Source of the DNA: Escherichia phage ES17 | DNA: 64,000 nt | Strand: one strand, 5' to 3' | Sequence record: NC_070984.1 | Notes under the pieces: generated by a model | Told to the model about the DNA's origin: nothing | The model's database searches: none | Seen by the model: only the letters and a program-made list of their open reading frames with translations | Shown here: positions 41,614-51,380 of the stretch, one piece after another | How the letters are laid out: each line of letters begins with the position of its first letter | Position numbering within the stretch: the first letter of the stretch is position 1 | Made by a program: the position numbers and the translations under genes

Positions 41614-42816
41614 TTAGTAGTTTACAACAGTGCCATCATTCAGGGTAAGGTTATTAATCTGCAACACACGACCAAGCTGACGATCACTAATTGGTGCGTT
41701 CCATCCAGAGCGGTAGAAGTTACGACCACAGAAGAACAAGATCACATTACTTGCTACAGTTGAACCATTTTCAGGATGCTTGATGTTAGCGATATAATAA
41801 CCACGACGCAGATTACGACGGGTTACAGGGTTGATCTCTAACCCTTGCTCTTCAACCTGCATTATTTCAGGGACAGGCTCCGAAGACTCTTCAACAACTG
41901 GCTCGGAGCTTTCCGCTGATAGTGCGTAATCCTCATCACCTGCTGGTGAAAATGTTTCTTCCACTTCTTCCACGGGAAGTTCGTATGCAACACGGTAGTC
42001 AGGCTCAACACCAGAGAAGCTCTTAACAAACTCAACGATGTTGTGAGTGTAGGTTTCCAGAGTTGTGCCAGTCAGGCCCGGAGCTGTATTAACTTCCAGA
42101 ACCCAAGCGTTAGTACCTTTGCTAATCAGGTCAACAGCACCGAAGTTCAAACCCAGAGCAGATACAGCTTTGTGAGCTTGAATCAGAACTTGATCAGGAG
42201 GCGCTTCAGTGAAGGAGTTAGAATAAACCCAACCAGTATGATGGTTACGAATATCTTCACGATAGCTTTCCAGTTCACGATAACCATTACGACGAATCTT
42301 CTTCTGAACGTAAGTGATAACACCTTCGAACACATGAACACGCCATTCACGACGTGGGCCTTGGATGCCTTTGGTGTACAGAGGAGCATCCGCAACACCT
42401 TCTCGCGGAAGACGAACAGTGATCCCCTCACCAGAGTGACCAGTCAAGGTTGCACGTTCATAAACAATTTCATTCCGGTTCCAGTTCTGAGCTACTTCAC
42501 GATCTACGGTGTATTCAACAGTTTTGACTTCAGCTAAACGCAGTGCGTTAAATGCTGCAACTTTGTTAGCGGCTCGGTTCAAGGCAACCACAGAGTTCAA
42601 TACAGTTGCACCGCCAAAGAAAGAATCATTATATCGACGGTTTCCGTAGTTGACAACAATATCACCAACTCGAGAACGATAACGAGAACCCTCTGATACC
42701 AGAGACATTACGTTAGCATTTAGTCGAAGTTCCTGAATCTTAGTGTTAATTGCAGAAGTAAGTTCACGAACTGAATCAGAAGGGCCATAAGGAAGAACAC
42801 GGATACGAGTAGTCAT
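41614..42816 (-). CDS. ATP-grasp enzyme
   Basis: C-terminal AVDLISKGTNAWVLEVNTAPGLTG matches ATP-grasp E-x-N Mg/ATP-binding motif. Confidence 0.6.
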   Translation of the reverse strand: MTTRIRVLPYGPSDSVRELTSAINTKIQELRLNANVMSLVSEGSRYRSRVGDIVVNYGNRRYNDSFFGGATVLNSVVALNRAANKVAAFNALRLAEVKTVEYTVDREVAQNWNRNEIVYERATLTGHSGEGITVRLPREGVADAPLYTKGIQGPRREWRVHVFEGVITYVQKKIRRNGYRELESYREDIRNHHTGWVYSNSFTEAPPDQVLIQAHKAVSALGLNFGAVDLISKGTNAWVLEVNTAPGLTGTTLETYTHNIVEFVKSFSGVEPDYRVAYELPVEEVEETFSPAGDEDYALSAESSEPVVEESSEPVPEIMQVEEQGLEINPVTRRNLRRGYYIANIKHPENGSTVASNVILFFCGRNFYRSGWNAPISDRQLGRVLQINNLTLNDGTVVNY

Positions 42817-42818
42817 TG

Positions 42819-43043
42819 TTAGATACCTTTAAGTTTAAGAATTTCGTTACGAGTTTTTTGAATCTGAGCTTCAATTTCGAAGTAGTCATTGAACGCATCG
42901 TTCTCTACTTCATCGGATGGTGCATCAATCAGACCGAAAGCGAACGGATACAGCTTTCGCTGCTCCGTTACCAATTCGATATGAACTCCTATGTAATACT
43001 GTAGGAGAGTAATCTTCGGTTTCTTAGGAACCAGATTTGACAT
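42819..43043 (-). CDS. Hypothetical protein
   Basis: 74 aa track ORF inside operon. Confidence 0.3.
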   Translation of the reverse strand: MSNLVPKKPKITLLQYYIGVHIELVTEQRKLYPFAFGLIDAPSDEVENDAFNDYFEIEAQIQKTRNEILKLKGI

Positions 43044-43257
43044 GAGGTTCTACCTTAATGCCTTTGATTTTTACATAATCAGCAAGCACGTTGTTGATCA
43101 CCGTTGGGAAAGGAACCTCAACCTGTGTTTCAAGTACTTGACCAATACCAGCTTGCATCCACTTCTGGATTGCACGAAGGTTATCACATCCTGTGCTCGT
43201 CATCGGGATACGTCGAGTAGTTACAACGTTATCCAGCATCATCTTACGAATTTCCAT
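43024..43257 (-). CDS. Hypothetical protein
   Basis: 77 aa track ORF inside operon. Confidence 0.3.
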   Translation of the reverse strand: MEIRKMMLDNVVTTRRIPMTSTGCDNLRAIQKWMQAGIGQVLETQVEVPFPTVINNVLADYVKIKGIKVEPHVKSGS

Positions 43258-43259
43258 AC

Positions 43260-45290
43260 TTAACCTCTATTCAATGAACATTTAGGAGAATTACAATAAA
43301 CTTGATTCATAGAACCAAGCGTACAACTTTCAGCATCGCGCCACGGAATCTGCTTAAAACACTCTGAGCAGTATCCGAGGGTTGACCACATTGCTTTGGT
43401 GAAGTCAGTGCTTCGGTTTCCGTCGAAGCTGACGACAGTTTTGCGGAGAGCTGTTCGTGATTCAGGAAACACACCTGCTTTCTCAGCAGGTTCCTCCTTT
43501 TTTGGCTTAGTTGAGATTGCAAAAATACTGTTGCTACGTTTCTCAACATAAGCATCAACAACATCCTCCAGAGTGATGCCTGTCTGTTTCGCTGAGGAAG
43601 GTAATACAGTCATACGACCGATCATATCTTCAGTTACACGTAAAGCGAATTCAGGACGACGGGCGTTTGTTGTATCTGTTGCTTTAATCCAGACATAACC
43701 ATCTTTGATCGTAGCATTAGACACTTTCTTCTTTACTTCTACAGCGCAGACTTTACAGATATCTTCACCACGAAGACGACTAAGTTCATCATCGAACTCA
43801 TTCTCTGTTTTAACTTCACCGCAGATTTCACAAACACCAATAGGAGTTTCCTCCTCTTCTTCCTCTTTAGGTTTAGTCAAACCTTCCAGACATTCAGGAT
43901 GCCAATAGCACTGATATGCGAAGACTGCTTTAGGTGCATCCTTCCAATCAATGTGCTTATCACAACCACCACAATCACCATGAGAGTGCGCTTCCCAGAA
44001 TTTACGAGTGATAGTAACACCATTCTTGTTGACGAAACTATCATTCATATCAAAAGGGATATCATCATCGAAGTCAGCAGTAGTTGACTCAGGCTCCTTT
44101 TTCTCCAGAGATGGGTCAACAAAACGACCTGCTGTGATCACTAAACGGACCATAGCATTGACTTCGGAGATGCAGGATACTGTCCCACGGTAAACAATTT
44201 TAGGGTCTTTCAGGGCATCCTGATAAGCCTTAATGTCTACGTTATGAACATCACCTTCGATATACTCTTGAGATTTCTCATCGTAGATATAACCAATCAT
44301 CTTACCACGAGAAGGAACAGCACCGGCAGTTGCATAAGGAACAAACTCATGCGGAGTGATTTCCACAGTCATATCGCGGCGAATATCAATGTTTCGATCG
44401 CTTGCGATTTTGTTTTGACTTACCACTGCGTTTCTTCGACGAACGTCTGCCGCTGTCACACCCGGCTTCGTGTCGTAAGGATTGCTTGTACTGCTTTTTG
44501 AGGAACTTTGATAGTTGCTTTGGCTGTAATTGTTCGAGTAGTAATTGCCCCAACGATTGACTACCGTAAAAACCGGAAGCTCGTGGGCGACCTCTTCAAC
44601 CAGTGTCATGCTGTTATTAGACATGTCAAAGATATACTCTGTACCAACTTTACACTCAAAATGCTCATCAATACGGTTCTTGTGAGACTTCGAACGCTTC
44701 AGAATCCACATCAGCATATCTTCTTCAGAAGCGCCAAACCAATCTCTGTTACAACGTGCGAGATGGAAAGGACGCTCTTCGTTACGAATGATATGAAGGC
44801 GGTTATCAGAAGCATCATGCCAGATTAAGGTGAAAGCACCATCCAGCTTTTGAATAGTCTCTGCTGCACCAATAGTGTTAATAGAGTGGCAGATGTTCTC
44901 ACTATCTACCTCGAAGTTTTTACTGTCAGGTAACAGGTCTTGGTCCATCAAGGTTCCATTATGAACCAGAGTGATGTTACCATGTTGGAAAGGATGGGCG
45001 TTCTTGGCGTTAACTGCACCTTTCGTTGCATGACGGCTGTGACCAACAATCCATGAAGGTGCTACAGTGTAAGCTGTTTCACCAGTGGTGTGCTTCTTGT
45101 ACTCATCTTGTAGGATGAATGCGAAAGAAGGAAGAGCTTCTTTATAAGTGAAGACTTCCTTAGTACTTTTACGCTGACCAAAGATACCGGAGGAATGTTG
45201 TCCTCGGAATACTCCAGCATAAAAGAGTTGGTTAAATACGTCTAAATCAGTGCTTGACAGATTACCGCCAGCTAATACGATGCCACAAAT
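43260..45290 (-). CDS. Class-II (Ntn) glutamine amidotransferase domain fused to Cys-rich C-terminal region; apparent ATT initiation
   Basis: Frame open 113 codons upstream of track start; begins ATT-TGT: (I)CGIVLAGG, VFRGQHSSGIFG, VGHSRHATKG..NAHPF, LVHNGTL are GAT-II hallmarks; C-terminus has 4 CxxC pairs. Confidence 0.75.
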   Translation of the reverse strand: MCGIVLAGGNLSSTDLDVFNQLFYAGVFRGQHSSGIFGQRKSTKEVFTYKEALPSFAFILQDEYKKHTTGETAYTVAPSWIVGHSRHATKGAVNAKNAHPFQHGNITLVHNGTLMDQDLLPDSKNFEVDSENICHSINTIGAAETIQKLDGAFTLIWHDASDNRLHIIRNEERPFHLARCNRDWFGASEEDMLMWILKRSKSHKNRIDEHFECKVGTEYIFDMSNNSMTLVEEVAHELPVFTVVNRWGNYYSNNYSQSNYQSSSKSSTSNPYDTKPGVTAADVRRRNAVVSQNKIASDRNIDIRRDMTVEITPHEFVPYATAGAVPSRGKMIGYIYDEKSQEYIEGDVHNVDIKAYQDALKDPKIVYRGTVSCISEVNAMVRLVITAGRFVDPSLEKKEPESTTADFDDDIPFDMNDSFVNKNGVTITRKFWEAHSHGDCGGCDKHIDWKDAPKAVFAYQCYWHPECLEGLTKPKEEEEEETPIGVCEICGEVKTENEFDDELSRLRGEDICKVCAVEVKKKVSNATIKDGYVWIKATDTTNARRPEFALRVTEDMIGRMTVLPSSAKQTGITLEDVVDAYVEKRSNSIFAISTKPKKEEPAEKAGVFPESRTALRKTVVSFDGNRSTDFTKAMWSTLGYCSECFKQIPWRDAESCTLGSMNQVYCNSPKCSLNRG

Positions 45291-45293
45291 TTT

Positions 45294-45323
45294 CTAATCC
45301 ACCTGAAGGGTAAACCCTTTCAT
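45294..45323 (-). other. 9-codon upstream mini-ORF (MKGFTLQVD) ending 3 nt before GAT-II ATT codon
   Basis: ATG 45323 with AAAGG RBS; in-frame TAG at 45294-45296, then AAA, then ATT-TGT. Confidence 0.35.
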
Positions 45324-45369
45324 CTAATTAACCTTTAAATTGTGCCCCTTTATCAGAGGCACCCATTGA

Positions 45370-46473
45370 TTACAGCGCTTGCTCTAACTGATTTTCCAGA
45401 TGGTCTGGAATGTACCCTGTGATATTGCTATCACTGTGACCTGACTCACGTAGTAAGTCAAAAATAGCACGGATACGCTGTTCTGGAGCGTGTCTTACTT
45501 GAGATAGGTCTGCTGTACGAAGCATAACCAAAATCTCTTGGTACAAGTTGTTAGCGTTCCCTCGGACATACCCAAGGAAGCCATAGAAGTCTGACATAAG
45601 ACGTAAGTCAACAAGAGCCTCTCCGTTGGAGTTGGTTCGACGTAAACGAATACGACCAGACTGTTCTACTTCATGAGAACGGCAATACAAAACATCACGG
45701 GCCATACAATATCCTGAATGCAAATCAGATTCATCCAGATTGTAATCCAGAGGAAGGTAAGGAAGCATTGGGGCAAATCGTACAGTATTTAAGTGCTCAA
45801 TAAACTGATCATTGCTCATATCTGCGTTATCTAAAGCCAGCTTCTTCAACATCAAGAAGCGGTTAACCAGATTGAGAAGTTGACCACGTTTCCACTTAGG
45901 CTCACTGATACGGAACTCAATTGAACCGTATTGGGCAAGTGGCAGAAGGTTCAGAGATGTATATTTATCCCATGAACGAACCAGACGGTTGAAGAATTCT
46001 TCACCATCGTAGTTAAATGCGTCAGAGGCATTCATTACCTGTGCTTGTACCACTGCAAACGCAGGGCAGAAATTGCTACGGTAACGATGGTAGCCTGAAC
46101 ACTTGAACAGCATCTTTTCATAGAAGGTCCAAGCAAGGATGGTCTTCTTGAGGATATTACTATCAGCATCCCTCATATCCATATGAACGTGAGTAGAGCA
46201 ACGCCAAGTCCCCTCGGCGTGCGATTCAGCTACTGCTTCACTCAGGTTGTTGATAGCGTCTAACAACTCCTGTCCGTTGTAAGGTCGTGAACATACCATT
46301 TCACAACCGTTACGCAGGGAACCATCCTCTGTGCAATCCCACATATCTGCTTCGATATGTTCAGAACCTTCGAGTTCAAGTTCAATACCGACACCGCACT
46401 GAAGTGCAATTGAACTATGCGCCTCAGTTAAACGACCTTCTCGATATCCAAAAGTTTGCGCTACAGTTGTCAT
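45370..46473 (-). CDS. Glutamine-synthetase/GCS2-like amidoligase (carboxylate-amine ligase)
   Basis: GIELELEG, EDGSLRNGCE, THVHMD, GSIEFR motif series. Confidence 0.5.
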   Translation of the reverse strand: MTTVAQTFGYREGRLTEAHSSIALQCGVGIELELEGSEHIEADMWDCTEDGSLRNGCEMVCSRPYNGQELLDAINNLSEAVAESHAEGTWRCSTHVHMDMRDADSNILKKTILAWTFYEKMLFKCSGYHRYRSNFCPAFAVVQAQVMNASDAFNYDGEEFFNRLVRSWDKYTSLNLLPLAQYGSIEFRISEPKWKRGQLLNLVNRFLMLKKLALDNADMSNDQFIEHLNTVRFAPMLPYLPLDYNLDESDLHSGYCMARDVLYCRSHEVEQSGRIRLRRTNSNGEALVDLRLMSDFYGFLGYVRGNANNLYQEILVMLRTADLSQVRHAPEQRIRAIFDLLRESGHSDSNITGYIPDHLENQLEQAL

Positions 46474-47087
46474 AACGAATCCACCAACGTAATATTATAA
46501 TTGCTAAGGTTTTCAGAGATGTGATGAAAATGCTCCAGAAGTCGCATCGGTTGTTGACCATAAGAGTCACGAGGTGCTTCCAGATCTACCTGACCTACCA
46601 GTGCACCTTTATAATGCACTTTACCATCTGTAGGATTGATGTAAATATAACGAGTAACCAATCCATCAAATTCAGGATTGAACAGACTGTAAACCATTTC
46701 ACCAGAGATCGAACGACCAATTCCAGGAGCGTTTCGAATCTTGTTACCCATCAAACCCTTCGCTCTCTGACGAACAGGGTTGATATGAGTCCAGCTTACA
46801 GTGTTACCGTTATGGAACAGATAACCAACATCAGGTGATTCAAGAATCAAGGTTGGGTCGAACACTGGAATATTCATCGTAGTGTTTCGGAGATTCCCAT
46901 GCTCGTTCTTGTACCACTGCTCTACAACAAAATACAGAGCCTGTTCTGCTTCATGCGAGAAGTCATCGCTGCGGAAGTTACCGCTCTGCTCAACACCAAT
47001 CACAAAACACGGAAGGTTGATATTGCCTGCTCGTTTAGCAATCCATGTACCATTATAGTAATGAGAAAAATCAGCTACTAAGCTCAC
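46470..47087 (-). CDS. Hypothetical protein in amidoligase operon
   Basis: 205 aa; start overlaps upstream stop. Confidence 0.35.
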   Translation of the reverse strand: MSLVADFSHYYNGTWIAKRAGNINLPCFVIGVEQSGNFRSDDFSHEAEQALYFVVEQWYKNEHGNLRNTTMNIPVFDPTLILESPDVGYLFHNGNTVSWTHINPVRQRAKGLMGNKIRNAPGIGRSISGEMVYSLFNPEFDGLVTRYIYINPTDGKVHYKGALVGQVDLEAPRDSYGQQPMRLLEHFHHISENLSNYNITLVDSL

Positions 47088-47096
47088 GATAACCTC

Positions 47097-47903
47097 TTAT
47101 GCTACCTGAAGGAGTTTGATCTGCTGGTCAGCTTCTTTAACGTTGTTCCCGTTAATGATTTCATGAAGCTTCTCAATCGGAAGGCGAGAGTGCAATGCCA
47201 TCAGGGTGGACATATCACACTGCTGAACAACCTTGTCAACCTGATCGTAAACAAACTTACGGTTTTCACGATCACTAATCCAGAAGTTAGACAGAGAACG
47301 GTATTCAATACCATAGTCTTTATAACGGATTGCAGATGCTTTACCGTAGAGTTCTTTACGGCGAGTATCTTTGTCCATAATTACTGCTGGGAGAGACAGG
47401 AAGTAGTCACACAACACACCCAGCATCATCTGAGTTTGCAGAGTGATATCCAAAGCACCAACTACGCCAAGATGTACGTGACCACCGGCAGTACGAAGTC
47501 CCTTATTCTGAGAAGTCGGGGATGGGTTTTTCTGACCAGTGAAGGCGTTGAAATCAGGAGTGCACCCGAAGATGAACGCTGATTCATTAAAGGTCTTCAT
47601 TTCTTCTTCGGTGAAGATGTGAGAGCTAACACCCGGAGCTGTTTCCATGTCCAGTTTGTTCAGGACATTATTGGTAAGATCGATACCACGTTGCATGTTA
47701 TCGTTAAACGCTTCAAAACCGCTCTGTGGGTCGATATCAAACTCAGCCAGTACGTTGTCCTCTTGAAGACGAACATCTTTAGCCAGAGTGATCTTATCGT
47801 CCTTAGAACAGCCTAATAGACCAGCTACAGAGGTGATGATACCATTACTGGTACGAACGAACATTTCAGGGTCAGAGCCGATAAGGAATTTGCGCTTAGT
47901 CAT
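47097..47903 (-). CDS. Second GS-like amidoligase (COOH-NH2 ligase type)
   Basis: IGSDPEMF, AEFDIDP, TAGGHVHLG, GIEYRS motif series. Confidence 0.45.
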   Translation of the reverse strand: MTKRKFLIGSDPEMFVRTSNGIITSVAGLLGCSKDDKITLAKDVRLQEDNVLAEFDIDPQSGFEAFNDNMQRGIDLTNNVLNKLDMETAPGVSSHIFTEEEMKTFNESAFIFGCTPDFNAFTGQKNPSPTSQNKGLRTAGGHVHLGVVGALDITLQTQMMLGVLCDYFLSLPAVIMDKDTRRKELYGKASAIRYKDYGIEYRSLSNFWISDRENRKFVYDQVDKVVQQCDMSTLMALHSRLPIEKLHEIINGNNVKEADQQIKLLQVA

Positions 47904-48867
47904 TGTAATACTCCACTAGTTCAGAAAAGAGAGATGAGATTGTGTTACCAACTTCTTCAGGAGTAAGACCGGAATCTTCTCCAGTTCTTTGAATCAGTCG
48001 GGCTATAAAGTTTTGTACTGTAATGTTTCCCAACTTGTCGTCTATGGTTTCACGTTTATGACCATGACAAGTGGACCAGAGTCTTAGCCACTCTGACATT
48101 GTTGCATATTCAGCTGGGTCTTGATCTTTAGCAAGAGCAAATCTTCGTAAGGTCTCTGGGTTATGGTTACGAACATAGCCGTTCTCATTGTAACCAACAC
48201 CAAAAGGGTTTTGAACCCATACTTGATTCGTGTATTCATCAGAGTCTACAACCAAAGGAAGGAATGCTGATGCTGGCATATTGTAGTTAATAACAATAGA
48301 TGTGCTCTCACTGCTCCCATTGGATCTTCCTTGTTGAGTCCACCCTCCAAAGAAGTCACGACCCAACCCAGCTAACACTAGAGCGATGCCGATGCGTTTA
48401 CGCTTCAGCCACTCTTCCCTGTCTTCAATTCCTTCTGCTAGGAAATCCATTCCACGATACTGCCCTTCCAGAATGCTACGGAAGAGCATAAGTCCTGTGA
48501 AGATCTGATCTGCTGGATGCTCACGAAGGTTGACAGCAACACTATTCGCTGAAGTGATCGTAAATACGTCACGATAGCAAGACATGGAGTTCATAATGTC
48601 TGCTGTTTCAACTAAGTTCTTTTCGATATCAGATGTAACATGACCGTGAAAAGAGTGAGTCCAGTAATTCAACATCTCCAGTTGCAAGTTGATATCACGG
48701 TTGAAGCTACGATAGCGCCCTTCTTCCGTGATAACTTCACCATTAATGTCATTTACCCACTGGCCTTGCATGTGGTTGTGGATACCGAAGCACCCACGAC
48801 CTAAGAACTTCTGTTCCCCTAAATCCTGTTGAAGATTCAGAGGTACGATCGTTGTGGAGATTGACAT
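47896..48867 (-). CDS. Hypothetical protein in amidoligase operon
   Basis: 323 aa, overlaps neighbours by 8 nt. Confidence 0.35.
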   Translation of the reverse strand: MSISTTIVPLNLQQDLGEQKFLGRGCFGIHNHMQGQWVNDINGEVITEEGRYRSFNRDINLQLEMLNYWTHSFHGHVTSDIEKNLVETADIMNSMSCYRDVFTITSANSVAVNLREHPADQIFTGLMLFRSILEGQYRGMDFLAEGIEDREEWLKRKRIGIALVLAGLGRDFFGGWTQQGRSNGSSESTSIVINYNMPASAFLPLVVDSDEYTNQVWVQNPFGVGYNENGYVRNHNPETLRRFALAKDQDPAEYATMSEWLRLWSTCHGHKRETIDDKLGNITVQNFIARLIQRTGEDSGLTPEEVGNTISSLFSELVEYYND

Positions 48868-48877
48868 AACTAACCTT

Positions 48878-50077
48878 TTATTTTCCTAAAAATAATCCGC
48901 TCATAACACCATCCCACTCAGAGGATGGAATCACTGAATACTCCGAACTTTGGTCCAGAGTCCCACTACTAAATCGCTGAATAATGTTGTAGATGTTGAA
49001 CAGGTCTTTAGCCTCGGCACGAATGCCGTAGATTAACCTGTTAGCTGTTCTCTCATTTTTAGACACGCGACGGGTAAAGTTAATCAGAAGGTTGTCACAT
49101 TTCAGGATTTCCGATTCACTCTCTACTAAGTCGGGGTGCATCACCGGCAAGAACATCGAGTTATTAACTCGTAATTCTGCTGTTTCATCATTCTCATAAT
49201 GAATCCACTTAAAATCTTCATCACGGAAATGACCGCATCCATCCCTATACGACTGTTGACGCCAAGGCACTTGAAATGCTTCAGCATATTTATCAGCCAT
49301 ACCAACTGTAAACAGTGACGCTGGGAAGATACAAGCATCCCAATCATTACCGACCAGAGTTGCTTTCGTTTCGCCCAAGAGGTTGGTGTAGGTGCTAACC
49401 ATTCGTGAGTAAACGTAAGCCTGAAGGATTGTCCAGCCTTCAACCAACCATTTATGAAGGAAGGTTTCCACTTGGCTCTCTTCATCTTCACAATAGAAGG
49501 TTCGGTCTAACATCAAATAGAACAGACAACGATCAGCAGGGATATTCTCAGTTGCTACCCCCATAAAACCTTTATCGTGCCAGCGTAAACAGGAGGGACG
49601 ATCTTTGTCCACAAATGCTTCCATAGCTTCCAGTACAGCACGAGGTGTGGTTCGATGCTCAGGGTTTTTGTCGTTCCAACGTTCGATGTTGTTCTTAGGT
49701 GGCGTGTCTTCATCTTCATACGAACACCAACTTAAAGCTTCAGCTACATGCTTTTCATCACGCCAACGTCTAAAACCTAACATCTTCATATGAGTTCCAG
49801 AGTTCCAGATATGCTTGATTTTACACATATCCATCTCTCGGCTTAACAGGAACTCTTCCCCATCAGCACTACGAACGTTAGCTTCTTCATGCCACACTCG
49901 AACGTGCATATTCCATCCATGAGTTGCCTCATACATGTTAGGGTCGAAGTAGTCATCGTACTCTTCATCGTCTTCATCAACGCCACCGTTATAGTTGCGA
50001 AGCTGAAGGAACCCATAACAAGGAGGGTTGACTGTTAAAACATTACCTTCAGTATCTTCTAATGTTACTGGAAACAT
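48878..50077 (-). CDS. Hypothetical protein in amidoligase operon
   Basis: 399 aa track ORF. Confidence 0.35.
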   Translation of the reverse strand: MFPVTLEDTEGNVLTVNPPCYGFLQLRNYNGGVDEDDEEYDDYFDPNMYEATHGWNMHVRVWHEEANVRSADGEEFLLSREMDMCKIKHIWNSGTHMKMLGFRRWRDEKHVAEALSWCSYEDEDTPPKNNIERWNDKNPEHRTTPRAVLEAMEAFVDKDRPSCLRWHDKGFMGVATENIPADRCLFYLMLDRTFYCEDEESQVETFLHKWLVEGWTILQAYVYSRMVSTYTNLLGETKATLVGNDWDACIFPASLFTVGMADKYAEAFQVPWRQQSYRDGCGHFRDEDFKWIHYENDETAELRVNNSMFLPVMHPDLVESESEILKCDNLLINFTRRVSKNERTANRLIYGIRAEAKDLFNIYNIIQRFSSGTLDQSSEYSVIPSSEWDGVMSGLFLGK

Positions 50078-50088
50078 TATACCAACCT

Positions 50089-50451
50089 CTATTGGTTTTT
50101 AATCAACTCAATCGACTTACGAATATAAAGAATATCTCGGAAGTTTCGATAGTTGTTCATAAATTGATGCTTCTGGAACTCAGCTTCTTCCAGAGCTTTC
50201 TTTGCTTCTGCGTAGTTTTTACGGGCAAGATGTACAACCCGCTCCGGTAACACGTTTGCACGATGGATTAGATACTTATGAGCTTTCATGTTACTTTGCT
50301 CACGAGCAATCTTACCTTTAGCAACCTTGATACCATTTGCAATCCAAGCAAGTTCTTGCTCAAGCTCTTCGTTGGACATACCACCGAGGTTTGATGCAAC
50401 CTTGTTCAGAGTTTCAATATTAACGTTGCCCTTGATGGGACGTGTATTCAT
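50089..50451 (-). CDS. Hypothetical protein
   Basis: 120 aa, Lys/Glu-rich helical. Confidence 0.35.
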   Translation of the reverse strand: MNTRPIKGNVNIETLNKVASNLGGMSNEELEQELAWIANGIKVAKGKIAREQSNMKAHKYLIHRANVLPERVVHLARKNYAEAKKALEEAEFQKHQFMNNYRNFRDILYIRKSIELIKNQ

Positions 50452-50453
50452 AC

Positions 50454-50606
50454 TTACTCCTGTTGTTTACACTCGTCAATAACCCACTGATAAGTGGATT
50501 GCCCAGAAAAGAAACACTGAATAAATCCAGATGTTCTCTGCGTTACCAGTGCTAGTGCACAAATCACTACCGCTGCTGCTAGCAGTTTTAAATCTAATTT
50601 AGACAT
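50454..50606 (-). CDS. Small signal-peptide protein (50 aa), not in ORF track
   Basis: RBS GAGAGGAAAT-ATG; MSKLDLKLLAAAVVICALALV...; stop 3 nt before next ATG. Confidence 0.35.
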   Translation of the reverse strand: MSKLDLKLLAAAVVICALALVTQRTSGFIQCFFSGQSTYQWVIDECKQQE

Positions 50607-50625
50607 ATTTCCTCTCGTTGAATTT

Positions 50626-50650
50626 AAAAAAGGACTCTCCGAAAAGAGTC
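50626..50650 (-). terminator. Intrinsic terminator
   Basis: Minus-sense GACUCU-UUUCGG-AGAGUC + CUUUUUU. Confidence 0.6.
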
Positions 50651-50715
50651 AAGCTTTAAATACAAAAAGATATTACCCAATATCTGTGGATAACCTGCTC
50701 TTAAAATATCTATCC

Positions 50716-50833
50716 GACGGATGTTCGAGGAATGTTCCTCTCCCTAGCATCGGCCCCATACGGGAAATATATTAAGATTAGGTTAGTTGAGTCAGAATAA
50801 CTCACATAGCCCTCCGAAGAAGGCTATAGGCGT
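50716..50833. repeat. Conserved intergenic element, copy 1
   Basis: Shares GGATGTTCGAG ... CTCTCCCTAGC ... CATA ... ATTAA ... CTCACATAGCCCT ... GGCTATA with copy at 55697-55806. Confidence 0.6.
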
Positions 50834-50841
50834 TACTACAA

Positions 50842-51057
50842 CTAAAAATCACTTGATTTTACAAAATCATCACTAAGGATTTCGTCAATTTCTTTGTTAG
50901 TCAAGTCTTTCCTGAACCAACAACAAGGTACATCCACCCATTGACCAGAGTTGTTTTCTACAGAGCATCTATTGCCTGTCTTACTCTTGCACTTATAGGT
51001 CTTACCTTTGTCTAGACGGTAGTGTATTCTGTAAACGATCGACACAAGTGTTATCAT
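50842..51057 (-). CDS. Cys-rich small protein
   Basis: CKSKTGNRCS ... VPCCW. Confidence 0.35.
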   Translation of the reverse strand: MITLVSIVYRIHYRLDKGKTYKCKSKTGNRCSVENNSGQWVDVPCCWFRKDLTNKEIDEILSDDFVKSSDF

Positions 51058-51290
51058 TACTCGCCTTTCTTAGCACGATCTTTGGCAGTTTTGCCAGTGC
51101 GGATGCGATGAGAAACGTTAACCAGAGTGCCACCATCAACTACGGTAACGCTCTTGTTTTTAGCCAGATCGAACACAGTTTTCTCTGTGCCACCCAAGCG
51201 AATTTGCTTAGGTTCGCTGAAGGTTTGGGTTGATTTGGATTGGAACTGGAACGGTTGACGGATTGCATCAATTGCACTTACTTTAGACAT
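51057..51290 (-). CDS. Hypothetical protein
   Basis: 77 aa; upstream leader holds GGGAATTCCC palindrome. Confidence 0.35.
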   Translation of the reverse strand: MSKVSAIDAIRQPFQFQSKSTQTFSEPKQIRLGGTEKTVFDLAKNKSVTVVDGGTLVNVSHRIRTGKTAKDRAKKGE

Positions 51291-51362
51291 AGGGGAAATT
51301 CCTTAAAAAGTCATGGCTGCGTAGAGGGAATTCCCTACGCAAATTGGGCCGCCCACAGAGAG

Positions 51363-51380
51363 GCGTCATAGTACTAAAAG
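51363..51380. repeat. 18-nt conserved motif GCGTCATAGTACTAAAAG, copy 1
   Basis: Identical 18-mer at 57853-57870; both followed in minus sense by a hairpin and U-run. Confidence 0.6.
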
